This document shows, one piece after another, positions 39,247 through 39,646 of a DNA stretch of 39,646 nt (positions are counted from its first letter, which is position 1; each line of letters starts with the position of its first letter). The position numbers were made by a program, and so were the translations under genes. The notes beneath the pieces were generated by a model. The model was not told the DNA's origin. It saw nothing but the letters and a program-made list of their open reading frames with translations, and did no database searches. The stretch is taken from the sequence record JN600960.1. One strand, 5' to 3'. Source of the DNA: Enterobacteria phage IME10.

Positions 39247-39499
<253 letters not shown>

Positions 39500-39513
<14 letters not shown>

Positions 39514-39646
39514 TTTAGTTCTTGCGGCATTACGTAAGCTCGGTGTGGCATCAAATGCCACGTTAACCGATGTCGAACCGCAGTCTATGGAAGACGGCGT
39601 CAACGACCTTGAAATGATGATGGCTGAATGGCTTGGCGGTGATGTG
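39500..39646 (+). CDS. Head completion protein gp4, N-terminal portion (continues at window start)
   Basis: [33 protein letters not shown] resembles the P22 gp4 N-terminus as recalled; frame runs exactly to the window end and continues in frame at position 1. Confidence 0.7.

Overview
The window reads as a complete, circularly permuted genome of a temperate P22-like podovirus of the Sf6/HK620 type (enterobacterial host), linearised inside gene 4: the last 147 nt (gp4 N-terminus) and the first 345 nt (gp4 C-terminus) join in frame. Plus-strand morphogenesis genes are terminase small and large subunits, portal, scaffold, coat, gp4, gp10, tail needle gp26, gp14, and ejection proteins gp7, gp20 and gp16 (here 797 aa with an N-terminal lytic-transglycosylase domain). 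They are followed by an orphan Mnt-like repressor, a mosaic tailspike, a visibly AT-rich cargo gene, and a P4-type integrase plus AlpA-like excisionase flanking an attP whose core matches my recollection of the 3' end of tRNA-Arg (argW). The minus-strand early-left operon carries PL, nutL, N, cIII, a Rad52-like annealase, SSB, an HNH endonuclease and many small accessory ORFs. The immunity region has P22-type c2, cro and c1 with OR/OL operators. The replication, nin, Q, PR', lysis (S, R, Rz, Rz1) block is close to phage lambda as I remember it, and includes a Dam-like methyltransferase. No intact tRNA, rRNA or CRISPR array is present. The most interesting candidates for undescribed biology are the AT-rich membrane-anchored cargo gene beside attP, a DUF2829/Tad2-like protein after the lysis cassette, and the cluster of small early-left genes. 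All homology calls are from memory of protein families, not from database searches.
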